From NCBI RefSeq assembly GCF_009914755.1, contig NC_060926.1: DNA of 64,000 nt, one strand, 5' to 3'. Numbering within the stretch: position 1 is the stretch's first letter; each line of letters starts with the position of its first letter. Of this stretch, positions 30,578-43,432 are shown in pieces. This DNA is from the human T2T-CHM13v2.0 reference genome, Homo sapiens. Position numbers and translations under genes: made by a program. Below the pieces are notes generated by a model that worked only from the letters and a program-made list of their open reading frames with translations, did no database searches and was not told where the DNA came from.

Positions 30578-30992
30578 TCCATGTGGCAGGAAATATGGCT
30601 GCCTACAGCTCCTGAGAACTTTGCCTCTTAAAATGTGCAGTCCTAGGAAGAAACAGAACCTCTTAATTTTATTCTGAAATATCTCAGAGAAGGAAGCAAA
30701 TTGGTCAAGTTAGGATCAGCCTCCTTCCCTAGACCCATCAACTAAAGCCAGAGAGTATGGATCAGCTTGAATGCTGTTCCCACCACTGGACCAAGAGTTG
30801 AAGCTGTATACAGACATGGAAATTCCTTCAGAAAAAACAGACAAAGAAGGAAATATTTTACTCTCCCGTAATTCTTAGTTTCCAGCTTTCATATCACCTT
30901 CAACTAGTGGCACAGCTACTTGTGTGCTTGCCATAAATCTTCAGTAGACTGTAAGTTCCTTGGGAGTAGGAACTGTATCCTTTACTCAGTGG

Positions 30993-31039
30993 ATATTTAG
31001 AGAATATTTAGAGAATATTTAGAGGATATTTAGAGAATA
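30993..31039. repeat. 11-bp tandem repeat (atatttagaga) x4
   Basis: Four near-identical units seen directly. Confidence 0.9.
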
Positions 31040-31181
31040 GCACAGTGCTTTCCACATACTATATGAACTATAAGCTCCAAATGGAAAGAGATTTAGCCAC
31101 CATTTTCAATGAAACTTGAACCATGCCTGGGACATGGTAGGCACTCAAAAAATATTTGTTGAGTAAAGAAATAATATATAA

Positions 31182-31466
31182 GGCTGGGCACAATGGCTCA
31201 TGCCTATAATCCTACCACTTTGGGATGCTGAGGCAGGAGGATCGCTTGAGCCCAGGAGTTCGAGACCAGCCTCCCTGCAACATGGCAAAGCCGCGTTTCT
31301 AAAAAAAAAAAAAAATTAGCCAGGCATGGTGGTAAACACTCGTAGTCCCAGCTACTCAGGAGACTGAGGTGGGAGAATCCATTGAGCCTGGGAAGTCAAG
31401 GCTGTAGTGAGCCATGATTGTGCCACTGCACTCCAATCTGGGAAACAGAATGAGACTGTGTCTCAA
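31182..31466 (+). mobile_element. AluJ whose tail became a purine microsatellite
   Basis: Full dimer followed by a GA tract. Confidence 0.92.
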
Positions 31467-31643
31467 GGAGAGAGGGAAGGGAAAGGAAGGAAAGGGAAGG
31501 GAAGGGAAGGGAAGCAGGGAGGGAGGGAGGGAGAAGGAAGGAAGGAAGGAAGGAAGGAAGGGAGGGAGGGAGGGAGGGAGGGAGGGAGGGAGGAAGGAAG
31601 GAAGGAAGGAAGGAAGGAAGGAAGGAAGGAAGGAAGGAAGGAA
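31467..31643. repeat. Compound (GGAA)n/(GGGA)n microsatellite
   Basis: (GGAA)6 at 31536-31559, (GGGA)8 at 31560-31591, (GGAA)13 at 31592-31643. Confidence 0.95.
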
Positions 31644-31940
31644 ATATAATCAATCTATACAAGATGGATGGACGGATGGACAGATATTTTCCTCTAGTAA
31701 AGGTAAATTTGTCCTTCGGGAAACCAAGGCATGCTTTCTGAGCTTACTAGGCTGGGTTGGAGAAGCTGACTTTGGCCATCAAATAAGCACAGTTAGCTAA
31801 CTTAACATTTGGGGTGATCTGTCCCCGGTCTTGGCTTCATTACCTGTAGCCTATTCATTGAAACCTTGGGATTGTGAGTGAAACAGAGGCTAAATCAGTC
31901 TTCTACAGCTTTGCCTCTGTGGAAGATGAAAAGATACCTA

Positions 31941-32312
<372 letters not shown>

Positions 32313-33059
32313 TCAGCAAATGCTTGGATACCTACCACGGGCCCAGTGCTATTCAAAGTTTGGGGGCCTGATAGGAAACAAGACAGAAATAAATGTGTTA
32401 GTGTTGTAAAGGAAAAGAGCAAAGTGCTACCAAGGTTCATAACCAAAAGATCCATGTGGAAAGCTATTTCTTTAGCCTTGAGGTCAGGAAGGCTCCTGGA
32501 AGAACTGACATCCTAAGCTCAGACTTGAAGGGATAAACAAAGATTAACTAAGTAAAGAGCCTGGAGGCAGAAGAGCTCCAGGCAGAAGGCATGCAAGCCC
32601 ACAGCTTGGAACTTAAGAGGAACTTAAAAATAATCGAGTAAGTGGTCAAGACTTATCTGTAAGGATGTTTCTTGTGGTATTATTTATGGAGAATGAAAAA
32701 TAAAAACAACCCAGGCATCCACAAACAGAGAAATGATTAAATAAAGCTGTGTGATATGATGATAGAACCAACAAGCCATTAAAAATAATAGTGCAGTTGA
32801 CAATGCTCAAGGTATATTACATTTTTAAAACAGGATGCAAATTTTGCTATGTCTATATTACATTTTTTGTATGCATTGAATGTTCAGGCTGATTACCCCA
32901 AAATTCTACCTGTAGTTATATCTGGGTCGTGGAAGGAATGACAGATAATCATTTTCTACTTTGTGCTTTTCAGTATTTTCCCAAAAAACATTTGTTTTAC
33001 AATGACCATATAGCACTTCTGTTGTGGAAAAAAAAATTTAAGGAAGAAGCAGACTTGCT

Positions 33060-33850
33060 TTTTCAGTCCATCGCTCAGTGTATTCTCCCGGCTGGAAAGC
33101 ATCAGCGAGGCCGACAAAGGCCCTGGGGGTTGTGCAGCTTAGCGAATCCACCCCCTCAGGTCCTGCATTCAGAGCTACCTGGGCCTGTGACTTGGCTGCC
33201 CCTGCCTCCTCTTGCATAGGAGTTTTCCTCCCTCAGGAAGGTTTATTTTGCCTTCATTACACAAATGCTGCTGCTCTGAAAGGAGCTTCACTCTGGGGCT
33301 TGACGGCGCTGGGGACACGGGAGAAGGAGCCACAGCTTCACTCTGGGGCTTGACGGCGCTGGGGACACGGGAGAAGGAGCCACAGCTTCACTCTGGGGCT
33401 TGACGGCGCTGGGGACACGGGAGAAGGAGCCACAGCTTCACTCTGGGGCTTGACGGCGCTGGGGACACGGGAGAAGGAGCCACAGCTTCACTCTGGGGCT
33501 TGACGGCGCTGGGGACACGGGAGAAGGAGCCACAGCTTCACTCTGGGGCTTGACGGCGCTGGGGACACGGGAGAAGGAGCCACACTGCTCTTAGCAAGTA
33601 GCGCAGGGAAAGCCCGCTCGCTCCTGGCGGCCTCAGCACCAGAAACAGGCACGCCTGAGGTTGTTTGTGAGGGATACGGAGCTGCTGCTTCCCAGCCAAC
33701 CATTGCCACCTGCCCACCAGATGCAGAAGCAGCCACCTCTGCCCAAAAACAATGGACTCCTTCCAACATGGGAAGACTCCACGAGTGAGGCAGGAAGAGG
33801 AGAGGAAGCACTTCTGTGAACTTGAGCACAAGCATTTCACGGTTTCAAGC
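33060..33850 (+). pseudogene. Cadherin-repeat relic containing the VNTR
   Basis: VVQLSESTPSG (33129-33161), ACDL (33183-33194), VNTR unit reads SFTLGLDGAGDTGEGAT. Confidence 0.55.
33284..33584. repeat. 50-bp VNTR, 6 identical copies
   Basis: Unit agcttcactctggggcttgacggcgctggggacacgggagaaggagccac starting at 33284, 33334, 33384, 33434, 33484 and 33534. Confidence 0.97.
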
Positions 33851-33913
33851 ATTGGTCTCAGCCTTGGCCACAAGCTGGAATCACTTGGAGAGCTTTCGAA
33901 AATACTGATACCT

Positions 33914-34169
33914 TGCTTCCTTCACCAATTACTTTAATTAAAAATGGCTGCAGCTGTAAGAACCCTTGTCTGATATATTTGCAACTATGCTCCCATTTAC
34001 AAATGTACCTTCTAATGCTCAGTTGTCAGATTCCAATGCAAAGGTGGCGTGGACTCCCTTTGTGTGGGTGGGGTTTGTGGGTAGTGGTGAAGGACTGATA
34101 ACAGAAAAATGCCTTCAAGTGTACTGATTTATTAATAAACATTAGGTGTTTGTTTAAAAAAAAGAAAAA
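33914..34169 (+). pseudogene. 5'-truncated retroposed mRNA 3' end inserted in a MER5-like element
   Basis: AATAAA at 34134-39, polyA from 34156, 16-bp TSD gaaaatactgat(a/g)cct at 33898-33913 and 34170-34185. Confidence 0.8.
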
Positions 34170-34678
34170 GAAAATACTGATGCCTCGGGGCCATGCGCAG
34201 AGATCACAGTTTCACCTGTGTGGACAGTGACCTGAGCATGGGGGTCTGAGGAGCTTTCATTCTCTCTTCCAAGCTCTATTCCTGCACTGCATATTCCCTA
34301 TAAGACATTCCCTAAGCAAGAATGCCCTTCCCATGCCATGTCCTGCCACCCTCTCTCCTTTCTTTTAAACCAGTGCTGAAATTCCATCTTCAAGAAGAAC
34401 TGGAGCTCAGGCCATGTGGTCTAATGCAGTTCTCTCGTGCTTCATTTCTTCACTCACTCAAATGGAAATGGGCCACAGCTTTCCTGCACTTGCAGGCCTC
34501 CTCTCCCTAAGAGACACCAGCAGCAGCCAACAGTGGCCCCTCCTCAGAGTCTGAGTTTTAACTCCTCCAAGCTTCTAAGTTTTAGAAGGAGTTTCCAGCC
34601 CTATGTCTTTGTTCACGCAGTCCTGGAAGTAGAAGCTGCTTTCTACAGTCACTACCTCCTTGATACCTCGGTACTGAG

Positions 34679-34905
34679 CAGGGGTCAGCAAACCTCTCTG
34701 GCAAAGAGCTAGATAGATAATCGATATTTTAGAATTTGGAAGCCATATAATCTCTGTTGAGACTATTTAACTCTGTTGTGACAGCACAAAAGCAGACATA
34801 AACCATATGTAAACAAATGAGCATGGCTGTGTTCTAATAAAGCTTCATTTACAAAAACAGGCGCAGGCCGGATTTGGCCCACGGGTCATAGTTTGCGGAC
34901 CCCTG
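34679..34905. mobile_element. MER58A (hAT-Charlie)
   Basis: TIRs caggggtcagcaaac / gtttgcggacccctg. Confidence 0.85.
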
Positions 34906-36217
34906 CCTTCTGGTTATCTTTCTACCTTTCCAGTTACCTCGTTAACAACTTTGGACCTAATTAATAATTCTGTAGATTGAATTGTCTATGTTTAAATAAC
35001 TGTAGTTATTTCTGTCCCTTAACTGGGCTCTGTCTGATACCGTTTCTCTGATGTATTTTTATTAGGGGGAGTGAAAATTTTTAAGTGATCTCTTCAATGC
35101 TTCTGTATTGTTTGAATTTTTCATAAGCACATACTTTCCAAAAACGTGTTCTCCTTTAATAAGCACTTAGTACTGCCTTTTCTCTTCTTTAGCAGCAAGG
35201 GGAGACTATACGTTAAATATTTCATTTCATTTAAATATTCCCTCTGAGCATGGAATAGTTGTAGTCTTCTCAGAAATACTACTGATTATTCCATATTGAA
35301 TTTTTGTGTGTGTATATATATATAAGCAAAAGAATAAGAGCTGCATTGCCAACCACAGGGTGGTTGTGAAAAACAAGTTAGATAATGGATGGAAAAATGT
35401 TTTGAGATGTTAAAAGTGCCTCGCTGATAGGAAGAGGTGGAAGGAATCACCCCTTTTAGCCTTCCTGTTACAGGCTCTTAACATACTTTAGGGAAAATAT
35501 TTAATCTACTGTTTTCTGGTCTTTAAGTGCATTTCTCTTATAAGCAGATATTCGTTGTGTGTTTTTAACGAGTCACCTGATTATGAGTATGCAAGATCAC
35601 AAGCAGGGGCCCCAACTCCACCTACCGCAGGCCAGCGCCGTGGTCCACAGAGCCCTTGGTAAATGCCTTGGCATTGAGAGTTGGCAGGAGACCAGGCCCC
35701 CCAAGAGAATCCGCTCCCATGGAAGCATTGCCTTTCAGTGTAATACTTGCTAGAGACTTAACATGGAGAAGGAGGAAATTTATATTATCCCTACAGCAGA
35801 AGTTATCTAGGGTCTATGACCTTGGTTGGACAAAAATACTGAAGTTAAGCACTTCCTTCTGATATTAAAGTAGGCAACTATGTAAGCTGTAGCTGTGGCT
35901 TTCTCAGCAACAGAAACCACAGATTTTTTTTTAATATCATATTACAGTTGTTGTATCTGGAAATATGTTATCTATGCTCACCACTACTTCAAACTATATG
36001 GTGGCCATTAGACCCACTTCTAGATCTTTTTATGTAAAGTGTTAATAACAAAGTGCATATGTTGTTCTATCTCAAATTTGTTTCTTTTTATATTTTGATA
36101 ACTGTATTTCAATGTCATGTTTGCTTTGTAAACCTATGTATTTTATTTTCTGCATGGAAAGGGATCTGTATGTTTACCAGGCTGCCAAAGGGCGACATGG
36201 CACATAAAAAGTTAAGA

Positions 36218-36474
<257 letters not shown>

Positions 36475-39400
36475 AGATTAAGAGCCCTCACCCCAGAATA
36501 GTAAATATATTCTCCCAAGGCGTTCGGTTGTTTTTGTTTCCTAATCTGTATCCTGATCCTCACTGGTTCTTCTCTCTTCACTCCCAGATTCTCATATACA
36601 CCCCTCTTTTCTCACCCCTTTCCACTATACAGAGCAATTCACCTCAGCTACCTGGTCAGGGCAAAATGAGGGTCTCTTCTGTCACACAGCTCATCTTCCT
36701 TTGAAGGTGGTTTGCAGATTATGTTTTTTCCCTTGAAGACCTTGGGGTCTTAGCCACTCTATCATGGGCTTATTAAACTTCTCAAGAATAATTTTGATGA
36801 ATTGTTATAGAAAAGCCTGGTGTCTGTTGTAAGACCTCAGACACAAGGCTTTGAGGAAGACTTTGTTATTAACTAAAAAGCCTCATACAGGAAGGAACAA
36901 AGCAAGCACATGCAATGCAGAATCTCTACTACTTGTACACCCAGTTCCTTGACTGGCCTTTCTAGACACATGATTTAAATCTAGAAATACAACAGTGGAT
37001 TGATTCTTTTAGGTACACTGAATTAAGAAGCAAGCTGAGCATAGCAAAATATTATAATATGGCAAGACGTTCTGTGATGTTCTCTTAAAATAGAGCCTAG
37101 GTTAGTAATTTCTAAAGAGCTGTTTGTAAAGCCCACTTATAAGTGACTTTTGAAAAGGGTCACACTATTTGTTCAAGCCAAGTAAAAGATGATTCTTACT
37201 TGTTTTCCAAGTTCTGAATCAACAGTATCTGTGACATGCAGCTTTTTTGTTGGGGGATGAGGAGGGCAGGCAGATTTCTTCTATAGAATGTTATCTCTCC
37301 ATCTTAGCACACCAAGTTTACAGTGCTCTCTTTGAATAACACAGGGAAAAGTCATATAGTAATCATCTATCAGGTCAAGGACATTCAGTATGAGAGGAAG
37401 CATTTTTTCCTGGCAAGTGATAACAAGCTACAAGAGCAAGCAAAGATCATTAAGAAATATACAGGACATACTAAAACCCAATGGCCTCCCAGTCCACAAT
37501 ATGAGGCCTGAGATATCTGGCCTGCATCTCTGTGCAGTTCTTTAGGACTTCCTTACAGTCTGCACTACATCTATAGTAGATGCCAAAAGTGATACCTCTT
37601 GATTTTGCCCTCATACTTAAAAGATATTTTCACTGTGTACAGAATTATAATTTGGCAGCTGTTTTCTTCCACCACATTGAGGAGATGTTTTTTTGCCCTC
37701 CATGTTTGCTGTTGAGAAGTCAGCTGTCAGTCTACCTGCATCTCCTTTGATAGTGATCTGTCTTTGCTCTTGGTCTGCTTTTAAGTAGTTTCTTTGTCAT
37801 TAGTTTTCTGTAGATGTGAGTTTCTTTCCTTTCTTTTTAATCTTGAGATGATTTGTTGTATTTCTTGAATCAGTCGATTGGTATCTTTCATCAGTTGGGC
37901 AATAGTCTCAAGAATTACCTTCTACAACATTGCCTCCATCACATTCTCCATCTCCTCTATTTCTGGAAGTCCAGTTACATGTGTGTTAGACCTTATCATT
38001 CTATCCTCCATGTATCTTAATTATTTTTTCATATTTACCATCTCCCTGTCTCTTTATGCTGCCTTCTGTACTTTTTTTCTCACTGAGATTTTGGCCTGAA
38101 AATTATTCATTCCTGTGTTGGCTCCTCAGTGCTTTTAAGAATATTTTTAAATTATATTTTGTGTAACATTTCTGGTGGTTTTCATTGGTATGATTGTTTT
38201 AAATATTTAGTCAAGCACATTCCAAGAAACTGATGTCTATGGTTGAAATTTGATGAGTAAAGCCACTTACATGTTGAAAAATTTTCCACTAAAATGGGAA
38301 CTTTGGCCTATAAAATTTTTGGAGTTCTTAAATATGTAAATATCTTTTCGATCTAAGACTAAAGACCTTAGAATTTTATAAACTGTTGCATTCTTTTATA
38401 CTTCCAACTACTTTACTACTGTTACTGACATTTACCATTACATCCAGTTGAGCTTCGAACATTTTCTACAGCTTTGTCTGACTTAAAGTCACAATCTATG
38501 ATATCATCCTACCAATGGAAAGTAAACTAATGTCTTTATGTGTGCCTGTATGTATTTATACTAGATTATTTAGTAATAGTTTATATTAACTTATATCAAA
38601 AATCTTATTCCTAGAAAAAATAATTGCCGTATTTCCTTTAATTGACAATAAATAAATTTCAAAATAGCAGTACCAATATTAATACAAACAGTGATCCTAC
38701 TCAGTGAAGCTCAATAGAGTAATTGCTTCTTTTTTACCCTTAGAACACATCTCAGTAAGAATGGCAGTCCCGTTAATTTGTATTCTGGTGTATTCCCAGA
38801 ACTCTTTGTATTCGTGCCCAATAATAGTTGTCAATAAATATTGTTGAATGAATGAATTTTAAAGTCACTCATTATCCCACATTCTTTGTTGCTTTTTAAA
38901 ATACTTATCTGAAGTTTTCTATAGTCTCATTATTTCCCTTTATTTTTCAACAAAGGTGTTGACATTCTGACAGATGGTAGTTCTAAGTTTTCAAAAGAGA
39001 GTAGCTTTGACTACTATTGATAGTATTTTCTCAGTAGCAATATTCAGCTAGTACAGTAGAGTAGAAATTAGTCCTGTCCCACCACTTTAAGAGATATGTG
39101 GAAAGTCATTTATAAGAGTTTAGGCACCTCTGGGCCATCCACAATTAGTAAATGCAGGGTCATATCTGAAGAGTCATAAACATAAGATCCTGATATGCAA
39201 ACCAATTGTGCATTCTACTGTTCAATTTCTAGTCATATTAGACATTGAATATTCAGTTAAAATTTGACTTTATGGAATTCTGATCTGATATTAGAATTTT
39301 TATATTATCTGTATACCTTTTCTGAACTAATTTTCCTCTTTTTGTAAAGAGCAATAAATATTCTCTTACCTAAAAAATTATATAAAATATTATTATCCTA

Positions 39401-39626
39401 AAGTTTATAGTTCATAAATCAAAATCATTCTTCTAATTTGTGTTATTTTGGATCAGCACCAGTTAAAGTCTTTAATTTTCCTTTTGCTCATTTTACAGAG
39501 AATCGTAGTGTCTTGGAATTCCATGTGATAACCAAGGAAGGATACATGTAAACACAAGTTATTATGACTGTGTATGAGAGTATTACTTCATAGAGTATAT
39601 CAGGAATATATTCTTAGGAATCTTAC

Positions 39627-39786
39627 TTTTTTTGAGACAGAGTCTCACGCAGTTGCTCAGGCTGGAATACAGTGGTGGCATGATCACAGCTCATCACAGC
39701 CTTGACCTTCCCAGGGTGAGGTGATCCTCCCACCTCAGCCTCCTGAGTAGCTGGGACTATAGGCATGCACCACCACATGCAGCTAA
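39627..39786 (-). mobile_element. AluJ right monomer, truncated
   Basis: TSD ttaggaatctta on both sides. Confidence 0.88.
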
Positions 39787-39804
39787 TTAGGAATCTTATT
39801 TTAA

Positions 39805-40124
<320 letters not shown>

Positions 40125-41988
40125 ATGGAATGCCACATTCTAAGAAGCCTTTAAACAAATATGTTTAGTACTATAATATCATGTAAGTTTAGACTTCTAA
40201 AAGCAAATTAAGAATATTAGGAAATATAACAAAATATAACCAGATAAAATACATTGCTTAATAAACAGATATTAGAAAAATGTGACAGTATTACACCTTA
40301 AAATTTTACTCAGAACAAGAGAAAGAACTACATATAAATAAAAACCATTGCTTAAGAGGAAATGTGCAAAGCCTACACAGGAAAAATTTTAAACGTTCTT
40401 AAAAGCACAATAGCAAAAGGTTGTAAACAAGCAAGATCTTGCAATGAGATCAATTGAAGAGGTCACTGTAGCCACAGGACGGAGTACTATATGGCTAAAG
40501 AAAGAATGTGGAGGCTCTCTATATATGACAAAGAAAAATCTACAGGTTAAATAGTAAGTGAAGAAAGCAAAGTATCTAACAGTGCCTTTACAATGCTACT
40601 TTTTATATGAGAAAAAGCAGAGAAATAAGAATAAATATTCATACTTCCTTGTATTTGCAAAAAAGAAACAATAAGATAATAAACATAAAATTAATACAAA
40701 TGATTACCTCTGGGGAACAAACTGGAGTGGATGAAAACAGGAGTGAGTGCAAAAGTTTTAGTGCATACCTTTTTGTATTGTTTTGATTTTATTTAACCGT
40801 GAAACTGTATTACCTATTCAAATAAAATAAAATTTATATAAAATGTTCTAGTGGAAACATTTCTCTAGATGCACATATTTATTAGATTATTAGAGTTTGC
40901 CTAGCACCAATTCACAAAAGACACCATTTCTTACCATTGCAACTAGCATAACACAATTACAATACATTCCAATTGAAATCCCATCTTGCATTACATTTGC
41001 ATAAAGCAATCGCTCTTTCCCTATGGAGAAAAAACAGCAAATCACATTCTTAATATTACAGTAAAGTGTTAAATTTATCATTTTTATTATATAAATGTTT
41101 TTAACCACTTTTTGAAGTTGAAAAGGGATTGTATACAAAGGTCTCCATGTTTGAAAAATATATTTTAGAGAAACAAGATCTACAAATGACTTTTTAAACC
41201 AAAAAAAAAAAAACAGCTCCATACCATATTTTTGCTATTTCTAGAACATGGACTTTTTATTCTGTGGCTTGTGTTCTCTTATTAACAGATCAAAATCTTT
41301 TAAATAGATGACCAACCTGGAGAAATAGAATTCTTGTTTTTAAAGCAGTTTAATTCATAATTTTTAGTTTTATGTAAAAAAAGTCCTCACATTTTTCACG
41401 GTTACAAAAGTACACAGAAGTTAGGGAAATGTTTTCAAGCAGAAGTACTTTATAGCTTTATCAATGGAAGCTTCATATTCAAAACATATATTTTTAATTC
41501 TTTGCCTGGGAAGTGTTCCAAGTAGTCAGTCATTATCGAGACCCTGAAATCACAAAATACTAATTTTATTCAGTATTCAAAAATATCTGTGTTGTTTTGC
41601 TGAATGTTTGTGTCCAGGAAATTTGCTATGATTCAGTATTCCACTGTGGTCATTCCTAGAAGAATGTCAGGCTGTACTTTTGCCACCAAGCCATGGGTTG
41701 GTTTATGTCAGTCCTGTGAAGCTCAAGGGGCCTCTTTGTGACCACGCTGATGGATATGCAGCATCTTGCTCAGCACTGTGCCAGCTCTGTTTCTGTCTGG
41801 AGGACTTCACCCACCACTGCTCCAAGATGATATATTTGTAGTGAGACCATAAAGGGGCCACTCACCACCATCAGTAAGTACATAAACACAACTGCAGCAC
41901 TAACTTTTTTTCCAGTGCAGTTGCTGAGCTTAGAGTACTGGTAACTAACCCATTTTCTGGAGTATTGTGTAAAGATGAGTAAGAGTGC

Positions 41989-42287
41989 AGGTGTGCCATG
42001 GCTCACGCCTTTAATCCCAGCACTTTGGGATGCCGAGGCAGGTGGATCACCTGAGGTGGGGAGTTCGAGGCCAGCCTGACCAACATGGAGAAACCCTGTC
42101 TCTACTAAAAAAAATAATAATAATAATTAGCCGGGCGTAGTGGTGCATGCCTGTAACCCCAGCTACTCAGGAGGCTGAGGCAAGAGAATTGCTTGAACCT
42201 AGGAGAGGGAGGTTGCAGTGAACCAGGATTGCACCATTGCACTCCAGCCTGGGCAACAAGAGCGAAAATCCATCTCAACAAACAAAA
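41989..42287 (+). mobile_element. AluSp-like
   Basis: accaacatggagaaaccc, gcaccattgcactcc, aagagcgaaa. Confidence 0.93.
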
Positions 42288-42550
42288 GTGCAAGTGAGCA
42301 AGAGCGCACAGACACCGGGAACTGAGGGACACGGCAAGGGGCCAAAAGAAAGGGTCTTTTTGGCAGACACAGCTAATTGCCATGACGGTTAATAATCTGA
42401 TGGGAATATTTATTAAAACCTAGAATTTTTCAGTCCATGCTCCAAGTCCTAAGGCCACTGGGCCTGCATCTCCTAAGGATTGTTTATGGCTTCTTTGTGA
42501 GCTTCACTCATGCAAATGGATACCACAATACAATCCCCTTCCTGCTTGCA

Positions 42551-42876
42551 TAGGGGTCAGCAAAATGTTTTCTGTAAAGGACCAGATGGTAAATATTTTA
42601 GGCTCTGTTGGCCAGATCATCTCTGTTGCAAATACTCAACTCTGCCATAGACAACACAAAAACAGTAGAAATGGCTGTGTACTAATAAAATTTTATGTAC
42701 TAATGAAACCATCATTGCAATTGGCTGTTATTTGAATTTCACGTAATTTTCACATTCATGAAACAGTCATTTTTTGACAACCATTTAAAAGTGGGAAAAT
42801 CATTCTTTGCTTACAGGCCATACAAATACAGCTGGCAGGCCAGGTTTGACCTGCTGGCGTTGTTTGCCAACTGCTA
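42551..42876. mobile_element. MER58B-like
   Basis: aggggtcagcaaaatgttttctgtaaagg ... gtttgccaactgct. Confidence 0.8.
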
Positions 42877-43249
42877 TTCTAGGTGTTGGACAAAAACAGC
42901 TGGAAGGTAAGCTAAAACCCCCCTGGGCCATCCCCTTACAATTTTATTTAAACTGAGCTTTCTGGCTACAGAACTACATGTCATTATGATCATTAATAAG
43001 GTTTTGGGACCCTTCAAGTCTTCATTGAAAAGTCCACTTAATTCTAGCTTAATGTCATAATTGTTGCTCTCTACCTTGCAAAAGCTTTCAAGCTTATGGG
43101 TTCTACGGTCGGATTTAATGTTTAAGCTATTATATAAAAAATGGTAAAACTTGTCCCGTAGCATTTGAGATTTAATCTGAGTCTGTGTTGAGGAATATAT
43201 GTTTGGACCAATGTTTTGGCAAAGTAATCCTGTCTGCTTTCTTGTAGAA

Positions 43250-43432
43250 CAATGGTTCTCAAAATGTAGTCTCCAGATCAATAATATTAGCATCACCTGG
43301 GCACTTTCTAGAAATGCAAATTCTTCAGCCCCAGACTTGCTGCATGAAAAACTGGAAGTGGGGCTGAGAAATCTGTGCTTTAACAAAAGTCCTCCAAGTG
43401 ATCCTGATGTGCATTAAAGTTTGAAACAACTG
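43250..43432. mobile_element. MER5A inserted in an LDRE-like cadherin motif
   Basis: caatggttctcaaa...agcatcacctggg...tagaaatgcaaatt...aaagtttgaaacaactg. Confidence 0.85.

Noticed and set aside
31396-31800. Low-complexity ORFs (PSFL / GRKE repeats)
   Set aside because: Produced by the GGAA/GGGA microsatellite.
33284-33584. CRISPR-like array
   Set aside because: Units are head-to-tail identical with no unique spacers, no cas genes, and the DNA is primate; it is a VNTR.
42874-43386. 170-aa minus-strand ORF
   Set aside because: Starts inside MER5A, lies antisense to the cadherin relic and has no recognisable domain.
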